From: Candidatus Eiseniibacteriota bacterium
GTDB taxonomy: Bacteria; Eisenbacteria; RBG-16-71-46
Assembly: GCA_963717505.1 (NCBI GenBank)
Contig: OY970342.1
Span: forward strand, 2,752,001 to 2,816,000
DNA length: 64,000 bases
Direction of reading: 5' to 3'
Under the pieces are notes generated by a model. The model was not told the DNA's origin. It was given only the letters and a program-made list of their open reading frames with translations, and did not search any database. Of the stretch, positions 20,726 to 31,425 are shown piece after piece. How positions within the stretch are numbered: the stretch's first letter is position 1; each line of letters starts with the position of its first letter. The position numbers and the translations under genes are program-made.

Positions 20726-21726
20726 ATGCTGACGCTCCCGGCCTTCGAGTGGGTGAAGCCGCGCTCGCTGGACGAGCTGCTCGGGCATCTTCGCGAGCAC
20801 GGCCGCGAGAGCCTGATCGTCGCGGGCGGCACCGACGCGGTGCCGAACCTCAAGCATCGGCTGCACGAGCCGCGCTTCGTCGTGTGCATCGGCGGCGTGG
20901 CCGAGCTGCACCGCGTGCGCGACGAGGCCGACGGGCTTCATCTGGGCCCGCTGGCCACGCTGAGCGACGATCGCGCGCGACGCGACGATGCGCGCGCGAC
21001 TTCCCGTCGCTCGCCAAGGCGGCCGGACTCGTCGCGGGTCCGCAGCTCCGCAACATGGGCACGCTCGGCGGCAACCTGTGCCTCGACACGCGCTGCACCT
21101 ACTACAACCAGACCTACTTCTGGCGCGAGGCGCTCGGGCTTCTGCCTCAAGAAGAGCGGCACGCGTGTGCCACGTGGTGCCGACCGGCAAGCGCTGCGTC
21201 GCGGCGCACTCCTCGGACGTCGCGCCGGTGCTGATCGCGCTCGAGGCCGAGGTCGAGATCGCCGGGCCGGACGGCGCGACGCATCGTATCCGGTCGAGGA
21301 GTTCTTCGTCGCCGACGGCATCCACAACAACGTGCTCGAGCCCGGCGAGGTGGTGACCCGGATCTTCGTGCCGGCACGCTCGCGCGGCGCTGCAGCGCCG
21401 GCTACCAGAAGCTGCGGCCGCGCGCCGCCATCGACTTCCCGATGCTGTCGGTGGCGTTCGCCGCGCGCATGAACGGTGCGGGCTGCGCCGGCGGGCGCCT
21501 GGTGGTGAGCGCGATCGCCGCCAAGCCACGAACCATCTCGGCGGGTCGACGCCATCGTCCAGGGCCGGCCGCTCGACGACGCCGTGGCGCGCGAGCTGGG
21601 CGCAGGCCGCGTACAAGCAGTGCCATCCGCTGATCAACGTTCCCTACGATCAGGACTACCGGCGCCGAGATGGTGCCGGTGTTCGTGCGGCGCGCGGTAC
21701 TCGAAGCCGCGGGAGGGACCTCGTGA
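20726..21726 (+). CDS. FAD-binding subunit with [4Fe-4S] insertion (HcrB-like, frameshifted)
   Basis: AGGTD, RNMGTLGGNLCLDTRC..YNQ..WR...G.CLK....CHV. Confidence 0.85.
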
Positions 21727-22666
21727 CCGAATACGATCCCCACGACCTGCCGGGCCCGACCCGCGACGCCGACGTCTGGACCGCGCTGGCGCAGTGGCGC
21801 GCCGAACGCCGCACCTTCGTGCTGGCGACGGTGATCGAGTCGCGCGGCTTCACGCCGCGCAAGCCGGGCGCCCACATGCTGATCGGGACCGATGGCGCCA
21901 CGGTGGGCACGATCGGTGGCGGCGCGATCGAGCACGAGGTGCTGCGACGCGCGCGCGGCGCTGCTGGCGCGGACTCGGCGAGCAGGCGTCGACCTCGGTG
22001 CAGCGACATCTGACCCAGGAGCTGGGCATGTGCTGCGGCGGCGAGATGACGGTGTTCCTCGAGCGGATGGACCCCGCACCGCGGCTGTTCGTGTTCGGCG
22101 CCGGCTACATCGCCAAGCCCGCTGGCCGCGATCGCCGCCGGCTGCGGCTTCGAGGTGACCGTGGTCGACGCGCGCCCCGAGTGGGCGACCGCGGAGCGCT
22201 TCCCGACTTCTGCGGTTCTGGTGCGCGCGCCCGAAGAGGTCGCTCGCGCGTTGCCCAGCACCGATGCGGACTTCGCCGTCGTGGTGACCCACGACCACGC
22301 GCTCGACCAGCAACTGGTGCAGGCGCTGCTGCGTCAGCCCGCTGCGCTTCCTGGGCATGATCGGCAGCATTCCCAAGCAGCGGAAGTTCGCGCTCCGGCT
22401 GCGAAGCTCGCGGCTTCAGCGACGCCGACATCGCCCGGCTGCGCACGCCGCTCGGCCTCGCGATCGGCGCTGCGACGCCGGAGGAGATCGCGGTCAGCGT
22501 GGTGGCCGAGCTGGTTGCCGTCCGCCGCGGGGCCGACGTCGAGGCCGGCTGGACGCCGCCGGCACGGGCCGGGCGGGCCGCCTCGACGTTCGCCGAGGGC
22601 GAGCCCGTCAGCGAGACCCAGGTCGATCCGGCGATGGCGCCAGACCCCACGGAGGCTCGCTCGTGA
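21723..22666 (+). CDS. xdhC: XdhC/CoxI molybdenum-cofactor insertion chaperone (frameshifted)
   Basis: TPRKPGA.M, GTIGGG.IE, LGMCCGG, VVTHDHALD, PLGLAIGA.TPEEIAVS. Confidence 0.85.
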
Positions 22667-23334
22667 TCGCGGGCGTTCTGCTCGCCGCCGGCGCCTCGAC
22701 CCGCATGGGCAAGAGCAAGCCGCTGGTCCGCGAGGGCGGCCAGTCGTTCGCGGCCCGCGGCATCCGCCACCTGTGGAGCACGTGCGATACGGTGGTCATG
22801 GTGCTCGGAGCGAACGCCACTCGCATCCGGCGCGACGTCGAGCTGGAGTTCGCCCGGCTCATGGAATCGGGCGCGCTGCGGCCGGACCTCAAACACGCGC
22901 ACGGACACGGATCGCGCGACCTCGAGGTGCAGATCGTGGTCAACCGCGCCTGGCGCGCGGGCATGTACGGCTCGGTGCGCGCCGGGCTCGCGAGCGCGCT
23001 CGGTTCCAAGCCCGAAGCGGTGATGGTGCTGCCGGTCGATCATCCGGACGTCCATGCGCGCACACTCGAGATCCTCGCGTCCACGATTCGGGGAGCGCTG
23101 GCCGCGTGCAAGACGCCGCGCGAGCGGCGCGGGCTGGCCTACGCCGTGGTTCCGCGCTATCGTCGCCGGCGCGGACACCCCGTGGTGATGACTCCCGCCC
23201 TGGCCGCCGCGATCGCCGCGGATCGCGACGCCGAACACCTGAGCGATGCCCTTCGTCGTCATGCCCGGCTGGTCGGCTACCTCGACGTCGCCGATGCCGG
23301 TGTGGTTCGCAACGTCAACCGACCCGCTGACTGA
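22663..23334 (+). CDS. MocA-like nucleotidyltransferase
   Basis: VLLAAGASTRMG..KPL, GMYGSV, PVDHP, GHPV. Confidence 0.8.
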   Translation: MIAGVLLAAGASTRMGKSKPLVREGGQSFAARGIRHLWSTCDTVVMVLGANATRIRRDVELEFARLMESGALRPDLKHAHGHGSRDLEVQIVVNRAWRAGMYGSVRAGLASALGSKPEAVMVLPVDHPDVHARTLEILASTIRGALAACKTPRERRGLAYAVVPRYRRRRGHPVVMTPALAAAIAADRDAEHLSDALRRHARLVGYLDVADAGVVRNVNRPAD

Positions 23335-23353
23335 TTTCTTGAAAGGAAGGTTC

Positions 23354-25705
23354 ATGGACAGAAACGCGCTGCGAACCTGTTGGCTGCTCGTCGCCCTATT
23401 GGCTTCGGGTTGCACGTCCGTCGCCCAGAAGCCTGCCTCCGGCGGCCTCGATCGCACGGTGCTTCCGGTGGCCGAGCCGGCTGTGGCGCCGATCACCGAG
23501 CAGGACGCGCGCAAGGCGACCGCGCCGCCCAGGTTCGAGGTCAAGGCTCCGGACGGTGCCCCCAACGTGGTGATCGTGCTGATCGACGACATCGGCTTCG
23601 GCCACAGCAGCACGTTCGGCGGGCCGATCGACATGCCGACGCTGCAGGGCCTGGCCGATAACGGCCTGCGCTTCAACCGCTTCCACACGACCGCGTTGTG
23701 CTCGCCGACCCGCACCGCATTGCTGACCGGGCGCAACCATCACATCAACAACGCCGGCGCGATCATGGAGGTGGCCACCAGCTTCCCGGGCAACACTGGC
23801 GTGCGCCCGAACAGCGTGACCCCGCTGGCGCAGATCCTTCGTATGAACGGATACAGCACCGCGGCGTTCGGCAAGTACCACGAGACGCCGCCGTGGGAGG
23901 CGTCGGTCTCGGGACCCTACGATCGCTGGCCCACCGGCTCAGGATTCGACAAGTTCTACGGTTTCATCGGCGGCGAGACCAACCAGTGGTCGCCCGCCAT
24001 CTACGACGGCGTCACCCGGGTCGAGCCGGAGCTTGGCCCCGATTATCACTTCACCACCGACATGACCGACCACGCGATCGCGTGGTCGCGCTTCCAGCAG
24101 GCGTTGACCCCCGACAAGCCGTTCTACATGTACTTCGCTACCGGCGCGACTCACGCGCCGCATCATGCGCCCAAGGAGTGGATCGCCAAGTACAAGGGCA
24201 AGTTCGATCAAGGGTGGGACGTGCTGCGCGAGCAGACCCTGGCGCGCCAGATCGAGTTGGGCGTGGTGCCGGCGGGGACGAAGTTGACCGCACGACCGGA
24301 GCAGATCCCGGCGTGGGACTCGTTGACCGATGATCAGAAGCGCCTATTCGCGCGCCAGATGGAGACCTTCGCAGGATTTGGGGCGCACACCGACCACGAG
24401 GTCGGGCGCCTGGTCGATGCGCTGCGCGACATGGGCGAGCTGGACAACACGCTGTTCATCTACATCGTCGGCGACAACGGCTCGAGCGCCGAGGGTGGGC
24501 CCGATGGCACCTACAACGAAATCCTGGCGCTCAACGGGATTGTCAGCGACGTGTCGTCGCAGCTCTCGCACATCGACGAGTGGGGCGGACCGAACACGTT
24601 CCCGCACTTTGCCGTGGGTTGGGCGCACGCCGGCAACACGCCGTTCCAGTGGACCAAGCAGGTGGCGTCGCACTTCGGCGGTACTCGCAACGCGATGGTC
24701 ATGCACTGGCCCAAGGGGATCGCCGCCAAGGGTGAGGTGCGCTCGCAGTTCCACCACGTGATCGACGTGGCGCCGACCGCCCTCGAGGCGGCCGGTCTGC
24801 CCGAGCCGACCATGGTCAATGGCACGCGGCAGTATCCGATGGACGGTGTCTCGATGATGTACGCCGCCGCTGACGGCGCCGCCAAGGATCGCCGCACCAC
24901 CCAGTACTTCGAGATGTTCGGCAATCGCGCCATCTACCACGACGGTTGGGTCGCGGCGACGCGTCACTCGATTCCGTGGCTCATCGTCGAAAACCCGCCA
25001 TTCGACCAGGACAAGTGGGAGCTGTACAACGTGGCCGAGGACTTCAGCCAAGCCAACGATCTGGCGGCCCAGAATCCGGCGAAGCTCAAGGAACTCCAGG
25101 ATCTGTTCGTGAAGGAAGCGATACGCAACCACGTGTTCCCGCTCGACGATCGGCGTGTCGAGCGCTTCAACCCGGCGATCGCCGGGCGCCCGGACCTCAT
25201 CGGGGACCGCACCTCGCTCACGCTGTACGAGGGCATGACCGGGATCGCGGAGAACGCCTTCATCAACATCAAGGGCCGGTCCTCGAGCATCACCGCCGAG
25301 GTGGAAGTTCCGTCGGGCGCGAGCGGCGTGATCATCGCCCAGGCCGGCCGCTTCGGCGGCTGGAGCCTGTACATGAAGGGTGGACGCGCGCATCACGTGT
25401 ACAACTTCGGTGGACTCGAGCGAACCACGGTGTCTTCGGGCGTTTTGTCGCCTGGCCGCCACACGCTGCAGTACGAGTTTGCGTATGACGGCGGTGCTCC
25501 GGGCTCCGGAGGAGTCAGCAAGCTCAGCGTCGACGGCAAGCCGGCCGGTGAGGCGCGCGTGCAAAAGACCATGCCGTTCGTGTATTCCGCGGACGAGGGC
25601 ATCGACGTTGGGATGGACAACGAAACTCCGGTGACCGAGGAGTATCGCGAAGGCCACAACAAGTTCACCGGCAAGATCCTGAGAGTGACGGTGGAGGCGA
25701 AATAG
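23354..25705 (+). CDS. Arylsulfatase (lipoprotein)
   Basis: Lipobox LASGC, PNVVIVLIDDIG, CSPTR formylglycine motif, GKYH. Confidence 0.92.
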   Translation: MDRNALRTCWLLVALLASGCTSVAQKPASGGLDRTVLPVAEPAVAPITEQDARKATAPPRFEVKAPDGAPNVVIVLIDDIGFGHSSTFGGPIDMPTLQGLADNGLRFNRFHTTALCSPTRTALLTGRNHHINNAGAIMEVATSFPGNTGVRPNSVTPLAQILRMNGYSTAAFGKYHETPPWEASVSGPYDRWPTGSGFDKFYGFIGGETNQWSPAIYDGVTRVEPELGPDYHFTTDMTDHAIAWSRFQQALTPDKPFYMYFATGATHAPHHAPKEWIAKYKGKFDQGWDVLREQTLARQIELGVVPAGTKLTARPEQIPAWDSLTDDQKRLFARQMETFAGFGAHTDHEVGRLVDALRDMGELDNTLFIYIVGDNGSSAEGGPDGTYNEILALNGIVSDVSSQLSHIDEWGGPNTFPHFAVGWAHAGNTPFQWTKQVASHFGGTRNAMVMHWPKGIAAKGEVRSQFHHVIDVAPTALEAAGLPEPTMVNGTRQYPMDGVSMMYAAADGAAKDRRTTQYFEMFGNRAIYHDGWVAATRHSIPWLIVENPPFDQDKWELYNVAEDFSQANDLAAQNPAKLKELQDLFVKEAIRNHVFPLDDRRVERFNPAIAGRPDLIGDRTSLTLYEGMTGIAENAFINIKGRSSSITAEVEVPSGASGVIIAQAGRFGGWSLYMKGGRAHHVYNFGGLERTTVSSGVLSPGRHTLQYEFAYDGGAPGSGGVSKLSVDGKPAGEARVQKTMPFVYSADEGIDVGMDNETPVTEEYREGHNKFTGKILRVTVEAK

Positions 25706-25707
25706 CC

Positions 25708-26730
25708 ATGCGTTTCATACCGGCAACCAGTTTCGTCCTGGCGCTCGCTACCCCGGTCTTCGCTGCGTCGCGCGGCGACCTGTTGGTGGTGCTCAACAAG
25801 TCCGATCACGACGTGGCGTTGGTCGATCCCACCACGCTCAAGGTGGTCAAGAAGCTCAAGACCGGCAAGGGCCCGCACGAAGTCGCGATCTCGCCGGACG
25901 GCCGTTGGGCGTTCGTCACCAACTACGGCGCCTTCGGTCTGTTCAAGCCCGGCGAGCCGCCGCAGCGCGAGCCCGGCAACTCGATCACCGTGATCGACCT
26001 CGACAAGCAGTCGGTCGCACGCACGATCACGCTCGAGGGCTACTCGATGCCGCACGGCATCCAGGTCAGCCGCGACGGCAAGCGCTTCTGGGTGACGTGC
26101 GAAGAGAACCAGGCGGTGCTCGAAGTCGAGATCGCGAACGGCAAGATCGTGGCGAGCTGGAAGACCGGAGCCGAGATCAGCCACATGGTGGTCGTGACCC
26201 CCGACGAAAAGAAACTCTATGTCGCCAATATCCGGTCCGGCAGCGTGACCGTGATTGATCGCGCCAGCGGCTCGGTGCGTTCGATCCCGACCGGGGATGG
26301 CGCCGAAGGCATCGACATGGCCCCCAACGGACGCGAGGTGTGGATCGCCAACCGCGGGGCCAACACCGTGTCGGTGATCGACGTCGCCACCGACTCGCTG
26401 GTCGCCAATCTCGAGAGCGGCGGCGAGTTCCCGATCCGGTCGCAGTTCACGCCCGACGGCAAGGAAGTCCTGGTGTCGAACGCGCGCAGCAACAAGGTCG
26501 TGGTGTTCGACGCCGCCACCCGCGAGCGGGTCGCCGATATCGAGGTCGGCACCATGCCGATCGGGATCGAGATCACGCCGGATGGCTCGCACGCCTACAT
26601 CGCGAACACCAACGACAGCCGGGTGACGGTGATCGACATCAAGCAGCGCAAGGCAACCGGCACGTTCACCACCGGCAAGGAGCCGGACGGCATGGGCTGG
26701 GCGCCGCGACCGGCGGCCAAGAAGTCGTAA
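25708..26730 (+). CDS. YncE/YVTN-type secreted beta-propeller
   Basis: Signal peptide; repeated TG.GP/H..i.spDG...yvaN..s..V.VID blades. Confidence 0.85.
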   Translation: MRFIPATSFVLALATPVFAASRGDLLVVLNKSDHDVALVDPTTLKVVKKLKTGKGPHEVAISPDGRWAFVTNYGAFGLFKPGEPPQREPGNSITVIDLDKQSVARTITLEGYSMPHGIQVSRDGKRFWVTCEENQAVLEVEIANGKIVASWKTGAEISHMVVVTPDEKKLYVANIRSGSVTVIDRASGSVRSIPTGDGAEGIDMAPNGREVWIANRGANTVSVIDVATDSLVANLESGGEFPIRSQFTPDGKEVLVSNARSNKVVVFDAATRERVADIEVGTMPIGIEITPDGSHAYIANTNDSRVTVIDIKQRKATGTFTTGKEPDGMGWAPRPAAKKS

Positions 26731-26736
26731 CCGCGC

Positions 26737-27486
26737 GTGTCTATCGAGGACGAGGACGACTGGAGCGGGCTGAGGCTCGCAGGTCGAGCCGCGGCGGCGG
26801 CGCTCGAGGCGATGCGCGTCTCGGTCGCCCCCGGTCTGACCACAGCCGAGCTGGACGCGATCGGACGCGCGGTGCTCGAACGGCATGGGGCCCGTTCGGC
26901 GCCCCAGCTCGTCTATCAGTTCCCCGGCGCCAACTGCATCAGCCTGAACGACGAAGTCGTTCACGGCATTCCGGGGTCGCGCGCGATCCAGCCTGGCGAC
27001 GTCGTGAAGTTGGACGTGACGGCCGAGCTGGGCGGCTACATGGCCGACACCGCGTGCACGGTCGTGGTGGGCCCGGCGGACCCATTGGCCCAGGAACTTG
27101 CGGCCTGCGCCGAGGCCGCATTCCAGGCGGCTCTGAAGGCCGCTCGTGCCGGAGCGCTCGCTCGCGACGTCGGTCGTGCGATTCAGGGCGTGGTCGAAGG
27201 CCATGGATTCTCCTGCGTCGAGGGCCTGAGCGGGCACGGCATCGGTCGCACGATCCACGAGCCGCCGACCATCCCCAACGTCGACGACCCCGACGCCACC
27301 GAGCGCCTGGAGGAAGGCATGGTGCTGACGATCGAGCCGATCATCGCGGCAGGGTCGGGACGGGCCTACCTGGCAAGCGACGGCTGGACGGTGCGCACCC
27401 ACGACGGGCGGAACGCAGCGCACTTCGAGCACACTGTGGTGATCGGCAAGGGCGCCCCGACGATCCTGACGACGCTCGCGGCGTAG
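26737..27486 (+). CDS. map: Methionine aminopeptidase type I
   Basis: CISLNDEVVHGIP, DV...GGYMADT, GHGIG..IHE, TIEP, AHFEHTV. Confidence 0.93.
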   Translation: MSIEDEDDWSGLRLAGRAAAAALEAMRVSVAPGLTTAELDAIGRAVLERHGARSAPQLVYQFPGANCISLNDEVVHGIPGSRAIQPGDVVKLDVTAELGGYMADTACTVVVGPADPLAQELAACAEAAFQAALKAARAGALARDVGRAIQGVVEGHGFSCVEGLSGHGIGRTIHEPPTIPNVDDPDATERLEEGMVLTIEPIIAAGSGRAYLASDGWTVRTHDGRNAAHFEHTVVIGKGAPTILTTLAA

Positions 27487-27514
27487 CTCAGGGGACCCCT
27501 TGCCTCGGCGTCGA

Positions 27515-27554
27515 CCGTTAGTTGGGCCTAACGGAACTCGCTCTGGAGCGAGTT
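27515..27554. terminator. Tandem hairpins between convergent genes
   Basis: CCGTTAG-N6-CTAACGG (27515-27534) followed directly by AACTCGCT-N4-AGCGAGTT (27535-27554); no long U-tract. Confidence 0.4.
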
Positions 27555-27559
27555 GACCT

Positions 27560-27889
27560 CTAGTCGTCGAACCACAACGCCCCGTCCCGCTCCTCGACCT
27601 CGAGTCTCGTGAGCTTCGACCCGACGCACGGCCCGTCGAAACACTCGCCCGTCTCCGGCCGGTATCTCGCCCCGTGATGGCAGCACACCAGCGCGTCATA
27701 CTCGTCGTCGAAGTAGCGCGCATCGCCAAAGTCCAACGGCAGCGACTGGTGCCGGCAGGTGTTCACGTAGGCGTAGAGCCTGCCTCGATAACGCACCACG
27801 AACGCCTCGCGGCGTACGCCATCGCGGACGATCTCGAACTTGAGTCCGCCGCCCTCGCGCAGGCGTGAAGCGTCTTCCAGGATTCTCAT
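27560..27889 (-). CDS. Rieske [2Fe-2S] ferredoxin-like protein
   Basis: NTCRH ... CCHHGA.Y...TG.C..GP. Confidence 0.85.
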   Translation of the reverse strand: MRILEDASRLREGGGLKFEIVRDGVRREAFVVRYRGRLYAYVNTCRHQSLPLDFGDARYFDDEYDALVCCHHGARYRPETGECFDGPCVGSKLTRLEVEERDGALWFDD

Positions 27890-27989
27890 CACGTGACACT
27901 GGCCCGTCCCGGGCCGCCGTGGCAAGATGGTGGCCGGCACCCGGTCGTCCGACCCCCGGCGCCCACGCCCCATCCTCTCCGGAGACCCG

Positions 27990-28550
27990 ATGGCCACGCG
28001 CCCGTTGATCGCCGTGTTCGGCAGCAGCACCGTCCGACCGGGGGATCCAGCCTACGCGCTCGGCCTCGACCTGGGGCGCGCGATCGCCGCCGCAGGCGCC
28101 GACGCCATGACCGGCGGCTACAGCGGCACCATGGAGGCGGTTTCGCGCGGGGCCCACGAGACCGGCGGGCACGTGATCGGGGTCACCGTCGAGTTGTTCG
28201 AAGCCCGGGGGCCGGTCAACGATTGGGTGCGTGAGCGGGTGCACACGACCGACCTCTACGAGCGCCTCCGTCACCTGGTCGAGCGCGCCGACGGGTTCGT
28301 CGTGCTCCCGGGCAGCATCGGAACGCTCACCGAGCTGTTCCTTGCCTGGACGCTGGTCAGCGTCGGCGGACGTCACGCCGCACCGATCGTCCTCCTTGGG
28401 CCGCACTGGAAGGAGTTCATTCAGGCGCTCCGCCATCCGGACATGGTCCTGCCGCACCTGTTCGAGCACGTTCAGGTCACGGAGTCGCCCACAGATGCCG
28501 TGCGCCTGGCACTGGCCGAGCGCGAAGCCGGAGCGGGAGAAGCTCGATAA
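27990..28550 (+). CDS. LOG family protein
   Basis: VFGSS, TGGYSG.MEA, PGSIGTLTE. Confidence 0.85.
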   Translation: MATRPLIAVFGSSTVRPGDPAYALGLDLGRAIAAAGADAMTGGYSGTMEAVSRGAHETGGHVIGVTVELFEARGPVNDWVRERVHTTDLYERLRHLVERADGFVVLPGSIGTLTELFLAWTLVSVGGRHAAPIVLLGPHWKEFIQALRHPDMVLPHLFEHVQVTESPTDAVRLALAEREAGAGEAR

Positions 28551-29731
28551 TGGCGACCCGCACCGCGCCGGATTCGCTGATTCACTGGCGAACCGAGTTC
28601 CCGACGGTCGAGACAGCGCTGCACTTCATCTCGCACTCGCTCGGGCGCGATGCCGCGTTTCGCCGAGGAGGCGCTGCGGCGCTACACGCACACCTGGAAG
28701 ACGCGCAGCATCCGCGCATGGGACGAAGGGTGGTTCGCCCTGCCGACCGAGATCGGAAACCTGCTCGGCTCGATCTTCAACGCCGAGCCCGGCTCGATCA
28801 CGATGTTCGAGAACGCGACCATGGCCGAGGCGGTGGCGCTGTCGGCGTTTCGCTTCGAAGCGCCGCGCAATCGCCTGGTCTGCACTGCGGAGGATTTCCC
28901 GTCGATGCTGTACCTGTACGAGGGGCTTGACGCAGCGCGGCGCCGAGGTCGTGCTCGTGCCGGCGCGCGAGGACCACCACATCGCCGAAGCCGACATCGT
29001 GGCCGCGATCGACGAGCGCACCGCTGTCGTCGCGATCTCGCACATGTTGTTCCGCAGCGCCCAGGTGCTGGATCTCGCGCCGATCGTCGCCAAGCGCACA
29101 CGCAGTCGGGGGCGCTGGTGCTGATCGATGCTTACCAGTCGATCGGCACCGTACCGCTCGACGTCCAAGCCTCGAACATCGACATGCTCGCCGGTGGCTC
29201 GGTCAAGTGGCTGTGCGGCGGACCAGGCGCCGGCTACCTGTACGTGAGTCCGCGGGTGGCGCCGAAACTCGAGCCCGCGATCACCGGCTGGATGACGCAT
29301 GAGCGGCCGTTCGACTTCGAACCCGGTCGCTCGCGCGCGACACCGGTGCGCGGCGGTTCTGGATCGGCACACCGGGGATCCCGGCATTCGTCGCGGCCCG
29401 CGCGGGCTATGACGATCGTCGCCGGAATCGGGGTGGCCGCGATCCGCGCCAAGTCGCTGCGCCAGACCGATCGCATGATCGCCTGGGCGGATGAGTTCAG
29501 GATGACGCTGGGATCACCGCGCGAGCCGGAGCGGCGCGGCGGCACGGTTGTGCTCGACGTGCCGAATGCCGAGTCTGCGTGCCTCGCGCTGCTGGGCCGC
29601 GGACGTGCTGCTCGACTACCGCCCGGGTGTGGGGCTGAGGTTCGCGCCCCACTTCTACACTCGGGACGAGGAAGTGGACCTGGTCATGACCCGCCGGTCC
29701 GCGACGCGGTCGCGGCGTCACGCGCAAATAG
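28550..29731 (+). CDS. Kynureninase-like class V PLP enzyme (frameshifted)
   Basis: SHSLG.MP, FPS..Y, DAYQS.G, KWLCGGPGAG, RFAPHFY. Confidence 0.75.
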
Positions 29732-29745
29732 GGGACGGAACCTCC

Positions 29746-30553
29746 ATGGGAACCACGGCAATGCAGGACGACCAAACCGCTCAAGATCGTGCGCGACCCG
29801 AGTGTGCATCTGGTCGGCCGCCAGGTCGTCGATCCGGCGGGCGATCGAGCGGCTTCCTCGAACGACCACGGCCTGACCTGGAGCACCGACACCGAGGTCG
29901 GCGGCGAGCAGCTGGCCGAGATGGCCGGGCGGGTCTGCTACATGTCGTACGGCAAGGGCCGCAAGCACCAACCGCGAGTTCATCGAGCACATCGTCGAGG
30001 TCGGACACGGCTCGGTGCTCGAGCACGCGGTGTGGAGCTTCGTGATCACCGGCGTGTCGCGCTCGTTCACGCACGAGCTGATCCGCCACCGGCACTTCTC
30101 GTACTCGCAGCTCTCGCAGCGCTACGTCGACGAGTCCGACTCGGACTTCGTCGAGCCCGACGTGATCGCCGCCGATCCCGAGCTGCACGCGGCCTGGGAA
30201 CGAGGCGGTCAACGCGACGCGCGACGCCTACGATCGGCTGGTCACCGGGCTCCAGGAGCAAGTTCACCGACGTGCCCGAGAAGACGCTGCGGCGCAAGCT
30301 CGCGCGCCAGGCGGCGCGCTCGGTGCTGCCCAATGCCACCGAGACCAAGATCTTCGTCACCGGGAACGCGCGCGCGCTTCGGCACTTCATCGAGCTGCGC
30401 GGCAGCGAGCACGCCGACGTCGAGATCCGCAAGGTCGCGGTGGCAATGCTCAGGATCATGCAGCGCGAGGCGCCGGCGATGTTCGCGGACTACACGCTGG
30501 TCCCGCTCGCCGACGGCAGCTTCGCGACCCGCACCGAGCATCCGAAGGTCTGA
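29746..30553 (+). CDS. thyX: FAD-dependent thymidylate synthase (frameshifted)
   Basis: [45 protein letters not shown]. Confidence 0.92.
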
Positions 30554-30569
30554 GCGCTTCGGGATCGAC

Positions 30570-31403
30570 ATGACGCAGAGTCCTCCCGACCCACGGCGTA
30601 CCGTCCGCGCGGTGACGCGCGTGGCGGCCGGGGCCACGGAGCGAATCGACGACGCGGTCGCCGTCGAGCGCGCGCTCGAGATTCGTGTGGACGGCCGCCC
30701 GCTCGCGGTGACGCTGCGCACGCCCGGCGACGATCGCGAGCTGGCGCTGGGTTTCCTGGCCGGCGAGGGCGTGATTCGCACGCGCAGCGGATGTTCGCGA
30801 TGTGCGTGAGAGTGTGGCGGCATGCGCCGACGAGCCCGATCGGATCGACATTTCGCTCGCGCCCGACGTCACCCTCGACTGGAGCCGGCTCGAGCGCCAC
30901 TTCGCGGCGACCGCGGCCTGCGGACTGTGCGGGCGAGCGCATCTCGACTCGTTGCGCGCCGGACTCACGCCGATCGCCGAAGGTCCGCCGATTGCGGCCA
31001 CCGCCCTGGCGGCACTCCCCGAACGTCTGCGCGCGGCGCAGGTGACGTTCACAGCGACGGGCGGGCTGCACGCCGCCGCGTGGTGCGACGAACAACTCGA
31101 GCCGCGCGTCCTGCGCGAGGACGTCGGGCGGCACAACGCGGTCGACAAGATCTGCTGGCTGGCTGATCGAGCCAGGGGCGCCACCCCGCGAACGCGGGCG
31201 TGCTGTGGGTCAGCGGGCGCGCGGGAGCCGAGATCGTGCTCAAGGCCGCGCGGGCGCGGATTCCGGTGCTGGCCGCGGTCGGGGCGCCGTCGTCGCTCGC
31301 GATCGAGCTGGCCGAGGCCGCGCGCATGACGCTGATCGGGTTCCTGCGCGAAGGCCGGATGAACCTTTACTCGGGGCATGAACGAGTTCAGACTGGCGCA
31401 TGA
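30570..31403 (+). CDS. fdhD: Formate dehydrogenase accessory sulfurtransferase (frameshifted)
   Basis: [48 protein letters not shown]. Confidence 0.9.
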
Positions 31404-31425
31404 ACCGGGCGTCAGGAGTAGCTCC

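Noticed and set aside
17715-21726. Pseudogenes or programmed frameshifting in the molybdoenzyme and other broken genes
   Set aside because: Many scattered single-base indels with intact motifs and no slippery sites; housekeeping genes such as thyX are also hit, so sequencing error is more likely
27515-27534. Integron attC site (GTTAG / GCCTAAC)
   Set aside because: The core motifs are in the wrong order and only a few bases apart, far too short for attC
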